Shown here: positions 18,391 to 30,901 of the stretch, in pieces | How positions within the stretch are numbered: position 1 is the stretch's first letter | Layout of the letters: every line of letters starts with the position of its first letter | Assembly: GCA_031364845.1 (NCBI GenBank) | Contig: JANLWX010000210.1 | Span: 1-47,892, forward strand | From: Candidatus Eiseniibacteriota bacterium | GTDB lineage: Bacteria > Eisenbacteria > RBG-16-71-46 | Length of the DNA stretch: 47,892 nucleotides | Direction of reading: 5' to 3' | Notes under the pieces: model-generated | Database searches by the model: none | The model's input: the letters and a program-made list of their open reading frames with translations, nothing else | Told to the model about the DNA's origin: nothing | Position numbers and translations under genes: made by a program

Positions 18391-19716
18391 GTGTTCGCAC
18401 GCCTCGTCGCGGTTGCGGTGATCTCGGCAGCGCTCACCGCTCTGGTGGCCGCGTTGCTCCTGAACGTCAACGAACGCAAGCACGAAGCCAAGGAGCGCTA
18501 CCTCCAGATCGTGAAGCTCGATGAGAACACCGTGGATCCCGCGGAATGGGGAAAGAACTTCCCGCGCGAGTACGACGGATACCGCCGCACCGTCGATACG
18601 GTGCGCACGCGCTACGGGGGCAGCGAAGCCTTTTCGAAGCTCGACACCGATCCCAACCTGCGCCGGATCTTCGACGGATACGCGTTTTCGATCGAGTATC
18701 GCGAGGAACGCGGGCACGCCTTCATGCTGTCCGATCAGGAGCAGACTCGCCGCGTGACGGAGCGCCCGCAGCCGGGCGCATGCCTTCATTGCCACTCGGC
18801 CGTGATCCCTGCATACCGCAAGCTCGGAGGCGGCGACGTCATGAAGGGCTTCGACGCCATGAACGCGATGTCGTACGCGGAAGCCCGGGCACATGTCGAG
18901 TTCCCGATCAGCTGCGGCGATTGCCATGATCCCGCCACCATGCAGCTGCGCGTGACGCGCCCCGGATTCCTGAATGGGATCCGCGCACTCAAGGCTTCGC
19001 AAGGCATCGCGAACTACGATCCCAACCGGGATGCGTCGCGGCAGGAGATGCGCTCCTACGTCTGCGGCCAGTGCCACGTCGAGTACTACTTCAAGGGCGA
19101 AGGCAAGACGCTCACCTATCCCTGGGCCAACGGCATCAAGATGGAGCAGATCGAAGCCTACTACGACTCCGTGGGCTGGAAGGACTGGACGCATCCCGAG
19201 ACCGGTGCCGCCGTGCTCAAGGCCCAGCACCCCGAGTTCGAGATGTGGAATCAAGGCATCCACGCCCGCAGCGGCGTCGCGTGCGCCGACTGCCACATGC
19301 CGTACATGCGCGAGGGAGCCATCAAGGTCTCCGACCATCACGTGAGAAGTCCGCTACTCAACGTTTCGAAGGCCTGTCAGACTTGCCACCACTATACGGA
19401 GGCAGAAATCCTCGCACGCGCCGGCGCGATTCAGGACCGCACGAAGGGCCTGCTCGACCGCGCCGAGACCGCGGTGGTGGATCTCATGGACGCCGTGAAG
19501 GAAGCAAAGGCTCGCGGAGCCACCGACGGTGATCTGGCAGAAGTGCTCCGGCTGCACCGCCGGGCGCAGTGGCGGGCGGACTTCGTGAATGCGGAGAACT
19601 CGATGGGCTTCCATGCTCCGCAGGAAGCGGCACGGATTCTGGCCGAGGCGATCGACTACGCGCGTCAGGGCGAGTCCGCGGCGTTGCGGTCGGCACATGC
19701 CGAAGGGAAGAAGTAG
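18391..19716 (+). CDS. nrfA: Pentaheme ammonia-forming cytochrome c nitrite reductase (CxxCH heme-1 variant)
   Basis: Five heme motifs (CLHCH, CGDCH, CGQCHVEY, CADCHMPY, CQTCH), KAQHPEFE, ENSMGFHAP; GGAGG RBS before GTG 18391. Confidence 0.93.
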   Translation: MFARLVAVAVISAALTALVAALLLNVNERKHEAKERYLQIVKLDENTVDPAEWGKNFPREYDGYRRTVDTVRTRYGGSEAFSKLDTDPNLRRIFDGYAFSIEYREERGHAFMLSDQEQTRRVTERPQPGACLHCHSAVIPAYRKLGGGDVMKGFDAMNAMSYAEARAHVEFPISCGDCHDPATMQLRVTRPGFLNGIRALKASQGIANYDPNRDASRQEMRSYVCGQCHVEYYFKGEGKTLTYPWANGIKMEQIEAYYDSVGWKDWTHPETGAAVLKAQHPEFEMWNQGIHARSGVACADCHMPYMREGAIKVSDHHVRSPLLNVSKACQTCHHYTEAEILARAGAIQDRTKGLLDRAETAVVDLMDAVKEAKARGATDGDLAEVLRLHRRAQWRADFVNAENSMGFHAPQEAARILAEAIDYARQGESAALRSAHAEGKK

Positions 19717-19823
19717 ATCCGTGAAGCGTGCGAATCCCGAACGGTCCGCAGCTTGACACTCCGAGCGGCCGCGGCCGAAACTGAGATCCCTTTTTCTTCA
19801 TCGCACAGGCAAGGAGCTCCCCC

Positions 19824-20573
19824 GTGATTCAAGTCGTGTGCATCAAGCAGGTCGCGGACACCGAGACGCGCGTGAAGGTCGGCGCCGATGGCCGATCGCT
19901 GGATCCCGCCGGTGTGACGTGGATCATGAACCCCTACGATGAATTCGCTGTCGAACAAGCACTTCGCTTGAAGGAGAAGCTCGCGGCCGGCGAAGTGATC
20001 GTCGTGTCGCTCGGCGGCGCCGGGGCGGCGACCACGCTGCGCAACGCGCTCGCGATGGGAGCCGATCGCGCGATTCATCTGAAACACGACGGCGCCGGCG
20101 ACCCCCTTCAGATTTCACGCGCGCTCGCGACCGCCGTGCGCGCGACGAACCCCTCGATCGTGTGGTTCGGACGCCAAGCGGTGGACGACGACGCGGCTCA
20201 AGTCGGCCCGATGGTTGCCGAGCTGCTCGACCTGCCGTGCGTGACCGCGATCGCGACGTTCGATCTTGCCGATCAGAAGGCCACGGTCGAGCGCGACATC
20301 GAAGGCGGACGTGAGGTGGTCGAGGTGAACCTGCCTGCCGTGTTCACCACCGACAAGGGATTGAACGAGCCGCGCTACGCGTCGCTCAAGGGCATCATGG
20401 CGGCGAAGAAGAAGCCGATCGACGAGCAGGCCGCCGACCTCGGCGATCCCGGTCTCAACGTTCTGGCGCTCGAACTGCCGCCCGCGCGTTCCGCCGGCCG
20501 CATCATCGGCCAGGGCGTCGAGGCGATTCCCGAACTCATCCGCGTGCTGCGCGAGGAGGCGAAGGTCCTATGA
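19824..20573 (+). CDS. etfB: Electron transfer flavoprotein beta subunit
   Basis: VCIKQVAD, MNPYDEFAVEQAL, ALAMGAD, NEPRYASL. Confidence 0.95.
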   Translation: MIQVVCIKQVADTETRVKVGADGRSLDPAGVTWIMNPYDEFAVEQALRLKEKLAAGEVIVVSLGGAGAATTLRNALAMGADRAIHLKHDGAGDPLQISRALATAVRATNPSIVWFGRQAVDDDAAQVGPMVAELLDLPCVTAIATFDLADQKATVERDIEGGREVVEVNLPAVFTTDKGLNEPRYASLKGIMAAKKKPIDEQAADLGDPGLNVLALELPPARSAGRIIGQGVEAIPELIRVLREEAKVL

Positions 20574-21547
20574 GCATTCTCGTGTTCATCGAGCAGCGCG
20601 AAGGCCGGATCCGTTCGGTGTCGAATGAGGTGCTGGGCGAGGCTTCGCGGTTGAAGGCGAGCTTCGGCGGGGAAGTGGTGGCGGTGCTGCCGTGCGCTGC
20701 GGATCCCGGTGCATCTTCGCTCGGTGCCGCGGGCGCCGATCGCGTGCAGGTCGTGACGCATGAAGCGTTCGGTGTTTATGACCCCGCGGGTTACACGCGG
20801 GCGATGGTGCAGGCGATCGAGCAGGTGAAGCCCGCGGTCGTGCTGTTCCCGGCGTCGTCGCTCGGAAAAGATTTGGCGCCGCGCGTCGCTGCGCGTCTCG
20901 GCGTCGGACTCGCTTCGGATTGCACGGCGCTCGCCGTGGACGACGGCGCCCTGGTGGCGAAGCGTCCCGTGTTCGCGGGCAAGGCGCTGCAGAAGATCGG
21001 ATTTCCGAAATCGCCCGCGATCGCCTCGCTGCGACCGAAGGTGTTCGCGGCCGGAGGTACCGCGGGAGCGGGGGCTGTCGAAAACGTTGCCGCGAACTTC
21101 GACGCCGCGGCGAACCGCGCGCGCGTCGTGCGCACCGCCGCGGCGGCAGGAGGCAAGGTCGATCTCACCGAGTCCGAGATCATCGTGTCCGGCGGGCGCG
21201 GCATGAAAGGCCCCGAGCACTTCGCGCTGATCGAGAATCTCGCCGAAGCACTGGGTGCGACGGTCGGCGCCTCGCGCGCCGTGGTCGACGCCGGATGGCG
21301 ACCGCACTCGGAGCAGGTCGGACAGACCGGCAAGACCGTGTCGCCCAAGCTCTACGTCGCGGTCGGAGTGTCGGGGGCGATCCAGCACCTCGCCGGCATG
21401 TCGTCGTCGCGCTGCATCGTCGCGATCAACAAGGATCCCGACGCGCCGATCTTCAAGGTCGCCGACTACGGAATCGTCGGCGACGCGTTCGAGATCCTGC
21501 CGGCGCTGACCGAAGCGGTGAAGAAGGTGAACGCGGCGCACGTGTAA
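20570..21547 (+). CDS. etfA: Electron transfer flavoprotein alpha subunit
   Basis: [53 protein letters not shown]. Confidence 0.95.
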   Translation: MSILVFIEQREGRIRSVSNEVLGEASRLKASFGGEVVAVLPCAADPGASSLGAAGADRVQVVTHEAFGVYDPAGYTRAMVQAIEQVKPAVVLFPASSLGKDLAPRVAARLGVGLASDCTALAVDDGALVAKRPVFAGKALQKIGFPKSPAIASLRPKVFAAGGTAGAGAVENVAANFDAAANRARVVRTAAAAGGKVDLTESEIIVSGGRGMKGPEHFALIENLAEALGATVGASRAVVDAGWRPHSEQVGQTGKTVSPKLYVAVGVSGAIQHLAGMSSSRCIVAINKDPDAPIFKVADYGIVGDAFEILPALTEAVKKVNAAHV

Positions 21548-21721
21548 CGAGCGGAACATCTTCGGTCCTCGAGCGTTCGTCTCCCGCGACACCCCCGGCG
21601 GCTTGACCGGATGCCGACAATCCTCGTAGGGTGCGGCGGGTTTGGCCACCGATGTTCATGGATGATCCGCTCGCGCGTACGCGCGGTGCAACGGGCGCGT
21701 CTGAGCCGCGCCGGAGACCGG

Positions 21722-22078
21722 ATGCGAGAGTACATCCCCGTCCTCATGTTCGTGCTCGCGGCGATTTCGTTCGCGGTGATCACGATCGGGGCGTCGACCA
21801 TCATCATGCCGCGCCGCAAGAGCGCGAAGAAGATGGCGCCCTACGAATGCGGCGTCGAGCCGGTCGGCAGCGCCCGCAACCGCTTCAGCGTGAAGTTCTA
21901 CCTGGTGGCGGTGCTCTTCATCCTGTTCGACATCGAAGCGGTGTTCCTCTACCCGTGGGCGGTCGCCTTCCGCCAGCTGGGGCTGTACGGGCTGATCGAG
22001 ATGGCGCTGTTCATCGTGATCCTGTTCGTCGGCTACGTGTACCTGCTCAAGAAGCGCGCGCTCGAGTGGGAAACGTGA
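21722..22078 (+). CDS. nuoA: NADH-quinone oxidoreductase subunit A
   Basis: [34 protein letters not shown]. Confidence 0.93.
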   Translation: MREYIPVLMFVLAAISFAVITIGASTIIMPRRKSAKKMAPYECGVEPVGSARNRFSVKFYLVAVLFILFDIEAVFLYPWAVAFRQLGLYGLIEMALFIVILFVGYVYLLKKRALEWET

Positions 22079-22103
22079 TGGGGCGGAGCCCGGTGACCCG
22101 CGG

Positions 22104-23095
22104 ATGAAAGAACTGTTTCAGAATCCGGACTTCCAGCTCGTGTTCTGGACCCTGGTCAAGATCGCGGTGATCCTGAACGGGCTGCTGGGGATCGTGTCCT
22201 ACATGATCCTCGCCGAGCGCAAGGTGGCGGGCCGCATGCAGGGCCGACCCGGACCGAATCGCGTGGGCCCCTTCGGGTTGCTCCAGCCGCTCGCCGACGT
22301 CGTGAAGCTCTTCTTCAAGGAGGAGTTCATCCCGGCCGAGGCGAACAAGGTGATCTTCCACATCGCGCCGATGCTCGCGGTGATCCCGGCACTGGTGTCG
22401 TTCTCGATCATCCCGATCGGGCCGAACTTCATCGTCACCGACCTCAACGTCGGCCTGCTGCTGTTCCTCGCGATGTCGAGCATCGGCGTCTACGCGGTCG
22501 TGCTCGGCGGGTGGGCCTCGAACAACAAATACGCGCTGCTGGGCGGACTGCGCTCGTCGGCTCAGATGGTGTCGTACGAGCTGGCGATGGGACTGTCGAC
22601 GATCGGCGTGCTCTTGATGGCGGGCTCCCTGTCGATGGTCGACATCGTGAAGGCGCAGACGACGATTCCGTTCATCCTGCTGCAGCCACTCGCGTTCGTG
22701 ATCTTCATGATCACGGCCCTCGCCGAAACCAATCGCGCGCCGTTCGATCTGCCCGAAGCCGAAGCCGAACTCGTGGCCGGGTTCCACACCGAGTACTCGA
22801 GCATGAAGTTCGGGCTGTTCTTCCTCGGCGAATTCACGAACGTGATCACGATCTGCTCGATCGCGACCACGCTGTTCCTCGGCGGATGGAACGGGCCGTG
22901 GTTGCCCGACTCGCTCAAGTTCATCTGGTTCTTCGCCAAGCTTTCGGTGCTGGTGTTCATCTTCATGTGGCTGCGGTGGACGTTCCCGCGCCTGCGCTAC
23001 GACCAGCTCATGAATCTCGGCTGGAAGATTCTGCTGCCGCTTTCGCTCGCGAACGTGGTCATCACCGGCATCGCGGTCTACTGGATGCACAACCG

Positions 23096-23099
<4 letters not shown>
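22104..23099 (+). CDS. nuoH: NADH-quinone oxidoreductase subunit H
   Basis: [41 protein letters not shown]. Confidence 0.95.
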
Positions 23100-23727
<628 letters not shown>

Positions 23728-23731
<4 letters not shown>

Positions 23732-24030
23732 TTCCGCTCGCTTGGCCGCTGCTGCTCTCGGCGTTCCTGTTCACGGTCGGCGTGATCGGCGTGCTCGTGC
23801 GCCGCAACGCGATCGTGATCTTCATGTCGGTCGAGCTGATGCTGAACGCCGCGAACCTCGCGTTCGTGGCCTTCGCGCGCCAGATGAATTCCATCGACGG
23901 GCAGGTGTTCGTGTTCTTCGTAATGACGGTCGCGGCCGCGGAGGTCGCGGTGGGTCTCGCGATCATCGTGAACCTGTTCCGGCTCCGCGAATCGGTGATG
24001 GTCGATGAAGCCAACCTCCTCAAGGGCTGA
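23728..24030 (+). CDS. nuoK: NADH-quinone oxidoreductase subunit K
   Basis: [31 protein letters not shown] overlap. Confidence 0.93.
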
Positions 24031-24033
24031 CGC

Positions 24034-25998
<1,965 letters not shown>

Positions 25999-25999
25999 C

Positions 26000-27601
26000 G
26001 TGATCGACTTTCCCTGGCTGTCGTGGCTGATCTTCTTCCCGCTGATGGGTGCGGCCCTGCTGATGCTGATGCCGGCGCAGGCCGAACGCTTGATCCGCCG
26101 CTGGGCGACTGTGGTCGCGCTCGCGGAGTTCGCGTTCTCGCTGCCCTTGTGGTGGCGGTTCGTGCCGAATGGCCAGGCGTTCCAGTTCGTCGAGAAGCGC
26201 GACTGGCTCACGTCGCTCGGTGCGAGCTATCACATCGGCGTCGACGGGATCGCGGTGCTGCTCGTGCTGCTCACGACGCTGATCACCTTGATCGCCGTGA
26301 TCGGCTCGGCGACCGCGGTGCACAAACGTGCGCGCGAGTTCTACGCGCTCGTGCTGGCGCTCGAGACCGGCATGATCGGCACGTTCCTGTGCATGGATCT
26401 CCTCCTGTTCTACGTGTTCTGGGAGGCCATGCTGATCCCGATGTATCTGCTGATCGGCGTGTGGGGCGGACAGCGGCGCGTCTATGCGGCCGTGAAGTTC
26501 TTCCTCTACACGATGGCGGGCAGCGTGCTCATGCTGGTCGCGATCCTGTCGCTGTACTTCTTCAACCGCTCGGTCACCGGTGTGCCGACATTCGAGCTGG
26601 AAGCGTTCTATCAGCTTTCGATTCCGCCGCCGATGCAGGTGTGGCTGTTCCTCGCGTTCGCGATCGCGTTCGCGATCAAGGTCCCGATGTTCCCGTTCCA
26701 CACGTGGCTGCCCGACGCGCACGTCGAGGCGCCGACCGCGGGCTCGGTGATCCTGGCGGCGGTTCTGCTCAAGATGGGCACGTTCGGCTTCGTGCGCTAC
26801 GCGATCCCGCTGTTCCCGGTCGCCTCGCATCAGTTCGCGCCGTGGATCGTGGGGCTCTCGATCGTCGGCATCATCTACGGCGCGCTGGTCGCCATGGTGC
26901 AGCCGGATCTCAAGAAGTTGGTCGCGTATTCGTCGGTGAGCCATCTCGGATTCTGCATGCTCGGCCTCTACGCGATGAACGGGCAGGGTCACGCGGGAGC
27001 GATGCTTCAGATGATCAACCACGGTGTCTCGACCGGCGCGTTGTTCCTCCTGGTCGGCGTGGTCTACGAACGGCGCCACACGCGTCTGATCGCGGACTTC
27101 GGCGGGCTGTGGAAGCCGATGCCGGTGTACGCGACCGTGTTCCTGATCGTGATGCTGTCGTCGATCGGACTGCCCGGCACCAACGGATTCGTCGGTGAGT
27201 TTCTGGTGCTGCTCGGCGCGTTCCGCACCAACGTGTGGTGGGCCGTGCTCGCCTCGACCGGCGTGATCCTGTCGGCGTGCTACATGCTGTGGATGTTCCA
27301 GCGCGTCATGTTCGGCCCGGTGACGCACGTCGAGAACGAGAAGCTCTCGGACCTCACGTTCCGCGAGCGGCTCGTGTTCGCTCCGCTGCTGCTCCTGATC
27401 TTCTGGCTTGGCGTGTTCCCGCAGCCGTTCTTGGACCGCATGCAGCCCGCGATCGACCGCACTCTGGCACTCGCGCGTGATCGCGCGGAGGCCACCGGCG
27501 GTCTCGCGATCCGTCCCGGTTCCGGCGTACCGCCGGGTATCACGATCGTGCCGGGTGTGCGCACCGAGACGATCGCGCCTGCACACGGAGGCACGCGATG
27601 A
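26000..27601 (+). CDS. nuoM: NADH-quinone oxidoreductase subunit M
   Basis: FYVFWE, IKVPMFPFHTWLPDAHVEAPT, GLPGTNGFVGE. Confidence 0.96.
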   Translation: MIDFPWLSWLIFFPLMGAALLMLMPAQAERLIRRWATVVALAEFAFSLPLWWRFVPNGQAFQFVEKRDWLTSLGASYHIGVDGIAVLLVLLTTLITLIAVIGSATAVHKRAREFYALVLALETGMIGTFLCMDLLLFYVFWEAMLIPMYLLIGVWGGQRRVYAAVKFFLYTMAGSVLMLVAILSLYFFNRSVTGVPTFELEAFYQLSIPPPMQVWLFLAFAIAFAIKVPMFPFHTWLPDAHVEAPTAGSVILAAVLLKMGTFGFVRYAIPLFPVASHQFAPWIVGLSIVGIIYGALVAMVQPDLKKLVAYSSVSHLGFCMLGLYAMNGQGHAGAMLQMINHGVSTGALFLLVGVVYERRHTRLIADFGGLWKPMPVYATVFLIVMLSSIGLPGTNGFVGEFLVLLGAFRTNVWWAVLASTGVILSACYMLWMFQRVMFGPVTHVENEKLSDLTFRERLVFAPLLLLIFWLGVFPQPFLDRMQPAIDRTLALARDRAEATGGLAIRPGSGVPPGITIVPGVRTETIAPAHGGTR

Positions 27602-29064
27602 ACGTCGTCGCGCAGCCGCACTTCCTCACGGTCGACTGGTGGGCGCTGGGTGCCGTGATCGCGCTCACGGTGGGCACGCTCCTGATCCTGATGCTCGAGT
27701 TGATCCCGGCCGGCATCCGTTCGAGCCGGGCCGCGATCGTCGCGCTGCTCACGCTCGGCGTGTCGGCGTACACCGTGTTCCACGTGCGCGACGATCGCCG
27801 GTCGCTGTTCAACGGCATGTTCGTCCACGACGGCATCACAGTGTTCTTCACGCTGCTGTTCTGTGCGATCGGCGTGATGGGCGTGCTGCTCGCATGGGAT
27901 TACATCAAGCGCACGCGCATCAATCTGCCCGAGTACTACGCGCTGCTGCTCTCGGCCACGCTCGGCATGATCATCATGGCCGCCTCCAACGACCTCATCA
28001 CGATCTTCCTCGGCCTCGAGCTGATGTCGCTCGCGCTCTACGTGATGGTGGGGCTGCGCCGCAGCAACCTCGAATCGAACGAGGCAGCACTCAAGTACTT
28101 CCTGCTCGGCGCCTTTGCGAGCGGCTTCCTGCTCTACGGTATCGCGTTGCTCTATGGAGCCACGGGCACGACGAACCTTCAGCACATGGCCGCATTCCTG
28201 GCCGACTCGCCGGTCATCGGCAATCCGCTCCTGATCGGCGGGGCACTGCTGGTGCTGGTCGGACTCGGATTCAAGGTGGCAGCGGTTCCGTTCCACATGT
28301 GGACTCCCGATGCGTATCAGGGGGCGCCGACCTCGGTCACCGCCTACATGTCTGCCGGCGCCAAGGCCGCGGGATTCGCGGCGCTGCTGCGGCTCGCGCT
28401 CGTCGTGCTCCCGAACGTGCAGGCCGACTGGACGGCGATCCTCACGTGGATCGCAATTCTCACGATGACGGTCGGCAACGTCACGGCGCTGTTCCAGGTC
28501 AACCTCAAGCGCATGCTCGCGTATTCGAGCGTGGCCCACGCGGGCTACGTGCTGGTCGCGATCGTCGCCGGCGGCACCGACGGCGCCGCGGCCGCGATGT
28601 TCTATCTCGCGGTCTACTCGTTCATGAACCTCGGCGCGTTCGGCATCCTCACGCTGCTCGGCCGCGAGGGGGAGGAGCGCGTTCAGATCTCGGACCTCGC
28701 AGGCCTCGGATTCCGTCATCCCGGACTCGGCATCGCGATGACCGTGTTCATGATCTCGCTCGGCGGTATCCCGCCGACCGCCGGTTTCATGGGCAAGATC
28801 TTCGTGTTCGGCGCCGCCCTCGACCACGGCCACACGATGCTGGTGATCGTCGGCGTGCTCAACAGCGTGATCTCGGTGTTCTACTACCTGCGGATCACGG
28901 TGGCGATGTATATGGAGGAGCCGCGCGGTGAGGTGACCCCGGTGAGCTGGGCGCTGCCTTCGACCGTGGCGCTGGTGATCTCGATCGCGCTCACGCTGTG
29001 GTGGGGCGTGCAGGCGAACGGGCTGCTCGATCAGGCGCGGCGATCGGTGACCGGACTGCTGTAG
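27598..29064 (+). CDS. nuoN: NADH-quinone oxidoreductase subunit N
   Basis: EAALKYFLLG, FKVAAVPFHMWTPDAYQGAPT, GIPPTAGFMGK. Confidence 0.96.
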   Translation: MNVVAQPHFLTVDWWALGAVIALTVGTLLILMLELIPAGIRSSRAAIVALLTLGVSAYTVFHVRDDRRSLFNGMFVHDGITVFFTLLFCAIGVMGVLLAWDYIKRTRINLPEYYALLLSATLGMIIMAASNDLITIFLGLELMSLALYVMVGLRRSNLESNEAALKYFLLGAFASGFLLYGIALLYGATGTTNLQHMAAFLADSPVIGNPLLIGGALLVLVGLGFKVAAVPFHMWTPDAYQGAPTSVTAYMSAGAKAAGFAALLRLALVVLPNVQADWTAILTWIAILTMTVGNVTALFQVNLKRMLAYSSVAHAGYVLVAIVAGGTDGAAAAMFYLAVYSFMNLGAFGILTLLGREGEERVQISDLAGLGFRHPGLGIAMTVFMISLGGIPPTAGFMGKIFVFGAALDHGHTMLVIVGVLNSVISVFYYLRITVAMYMEEPRGEVTPVSWALPSTVALVISIALTLWWGVQANGLLDQARRSVTGLL

Positions 29065-29089
29065 CAGGCTGATGCTTTTCATCAGCCTG

Positions 29090-30901
29090 CTAGCGCCGCT
29101 CGATCGCCGCGACCTGCTTCCTGAGCTCCTCGTCGCGTGGATCCGCGGCGAGCGCGAGCCTCAACTCCGCGCGCGCGTCCTCGATCCGCCCCTCGGCCCG
29201 CGCGAGATTTGCGAGCATCGTGTGAGCCTGCGCGGTGTAAGGCGATTCGTGCGTCGTCCGCTCCAGCTCGCGGCGAAATGCGGCTCGCAGCTCGCGGTCG
29301 CGTCCGAGTTCCTGTGAGAGTACGGCGAGCTTCCGGTTGCCCGCGGGAACCACGCGATATCCGAAGCGTTCCGCGATCGCGCGCATCGGTCCCTCGCGCC
29401 GCACGAACAGCATCGCGGCGTCGTCCTGGAACACGAGCGCCCAGCTCGAATCGGCTTCGATGATGTCGGGCAGGCGGTCGGCCGCGAACGTGAGGCGCGC
29501 GAGCAGCGCCCACTCGAAGCGGAACTTCGCATCCAGCTCGTTCCAGTACTCGGGCTTCTCGAGCGAGAAGGTGTAGAGACGGCGGATGTCGCTCGTGCCG
29601 GCCTGATGGATGTCCATGAACGGCAGCCGGTCGCGTTCCGGGAAGAACCGCCACAACAGATAGCCGCCCTGCGAGAACGTGTTGTAGCCACGCCCGCGCA
29701 CGCCGTGCTCATGCATGAAGTCGGCAGCGCGCACCGGGTAGTACCGCCACTCGATGCCGACGCCCAAATGCATGCTTCGCCACACCGGGACACAGACGGC
29801 GACGCATACCACGATCGCAATTGCTGCGCGGGTCCATGGCGCGGCGAGTGCCGGACGCCGCAGCAACGGCCCCAGCACCTCCTCGGCATCGCGTGCGAGG
29901 AACGGCGTTGCCACGATCGCGAGCAATCCGAGGAAGCGCACCGACATCAGCGCGAGTGTGGCGAACAGCGCGGCGAGGATCGCTTCTGCGAAGTCGACCC
30001 CGCTCTTGCGCGCGCGCGCGATGAGCAGCAGCGGCCAGCCCAGCACCAGCAGCGGAGCTCCGTTCCACAGATTCTCGCGCCAGCGCAGCGGTTCGAGCTC
30101 GCCGATCGTCACGTAGATCGGTTCGTGCCGCTGATGGAGCGCGAAATCGAACGGCCACCACAGCGCGCGCCATCCGAACGGGTTCACGAACGAAGCTCCG
30201 AGCCCGATGGTACCGATGCCGATGAGCTTCCACGGCGGGCGCCGCTCGCGAATCCATGCATCGAGCCCGTACGCGCCGAGGATCGCGAAGCCGAGGTGGT
30301 AGGAAATGTGGCAGTTCGCCCACACCCATGCGATCGCGATCAGCCACGGCGAGTGATCGCGGCCGCCGCCGCGGCGCGTTTCGAGAATCCACAACTCGAG
30401 CGCGAGCAGGATCGCGACGAACGTCTCGGGCCGGATCTGAGAGCGTTCGCGCCACGCGAGTGCGGCGATTACCGTGGCGACGTAGGGCGCGAGCCCGCGC
30501 ACGCCCATGCGCCGCGCGGTCGCGACGAGCAGCGCGAACGCCGTGAGCGCCACGATCCAGCGCCACGCGAACAACCCCCACACGCCCGCGGCCGCCCAGA
30601 AGGGATAGAGGATGGCGCGAAAGCCCCACGACGAGTTCACATCGGGAGCACCGTGCGTGGGCCACGTCCAGAGCTGCGTGGTGGGGACCGCGTGCGTCCG
30701 CCAGATCTCGCGTCCGACGGTGAGGTGCTGCCAGAAGTCGGGCTCGTGAATGAGAAACGTCACGCTGTAGAGCACGCAGAACGTCGCGACCGCGGCGACC
30801 GCGAGTGAAGCCGGATGCGAGAGCGGAAGCGCCGGCCACGGCCCGGCGGGCGGGGTCGTGGTTGTCGTTCGCTTCGTGCGCGCCGGTTCGCGCCCGCTCA
30901 T
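29090..30901 (-). CDS. Multi-pass membrane protein (GT-C-like) with C-terminal TPR-like helices
   Basis: ORF 29090..31315, ATG 30901 overlapping the moeA stop; EPDFWQHL, IRPE, WANCH, VNPFG motifs; C-terminal AHTMLANLARAEGRIEDARAELRLALAADP. Confidence 0.6.
   Translation of the reverse strand: MSGREPARTKRTTTTTPPAGPWPALPLSHPASLAVAAVATFCVLYSVTFLIHEPDFWQHLTVGREIWRTHAVPTTQLWTWPTHGAPDVNSSWGFRAILYPFWAAAGVWGLFAWRWIVALTAFALLVATARRMGVRGLAPYVATVIAALAWRERSQIRPETFVAILLALELWILETRRGGGRDHSPWLIAIAWVWANCHISYHLGFAILGAYGLDAWIRERRPPWKLIGIGTIGLGASFVNPFGWRALWWPFDFALHQRHEPIYVTIGELEPLRWRENLWNGAPLLVLGWPLLLIARARKSGVDFAEAILAALFATLALMSVRFLGLLAIVATPFLARDAEEVLGPLLRRPALAAPWTRAAIAIVVCVAVCVPVWRSMHLGVGIEWRYYPVRAADFMHEHGVRGRGYNTFSQGGYLLWRFFPERDRLPFMDIHQAGTSDIRRLYTFSLEKPEYWNELDAKFRFEWALLARLTFAADRLPDIIEADSSWALVFQDDAAMLFVRREGPMRAIAERFGYRVVPAGNRKLAVLSQELGRDRELRAAFRRELERTTHESPYTAQAHTMLANLARAEGRIEDARAELRLALAADPRDEELRKQVAAIERR

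Noticed and set aside
21559..21569. TCTTCGGTCCT between etfA and nuoA, matching a type-B left arm
   Set aside because: Half-site only with no GGACCGAAG partner; an 11-nt match could be chance
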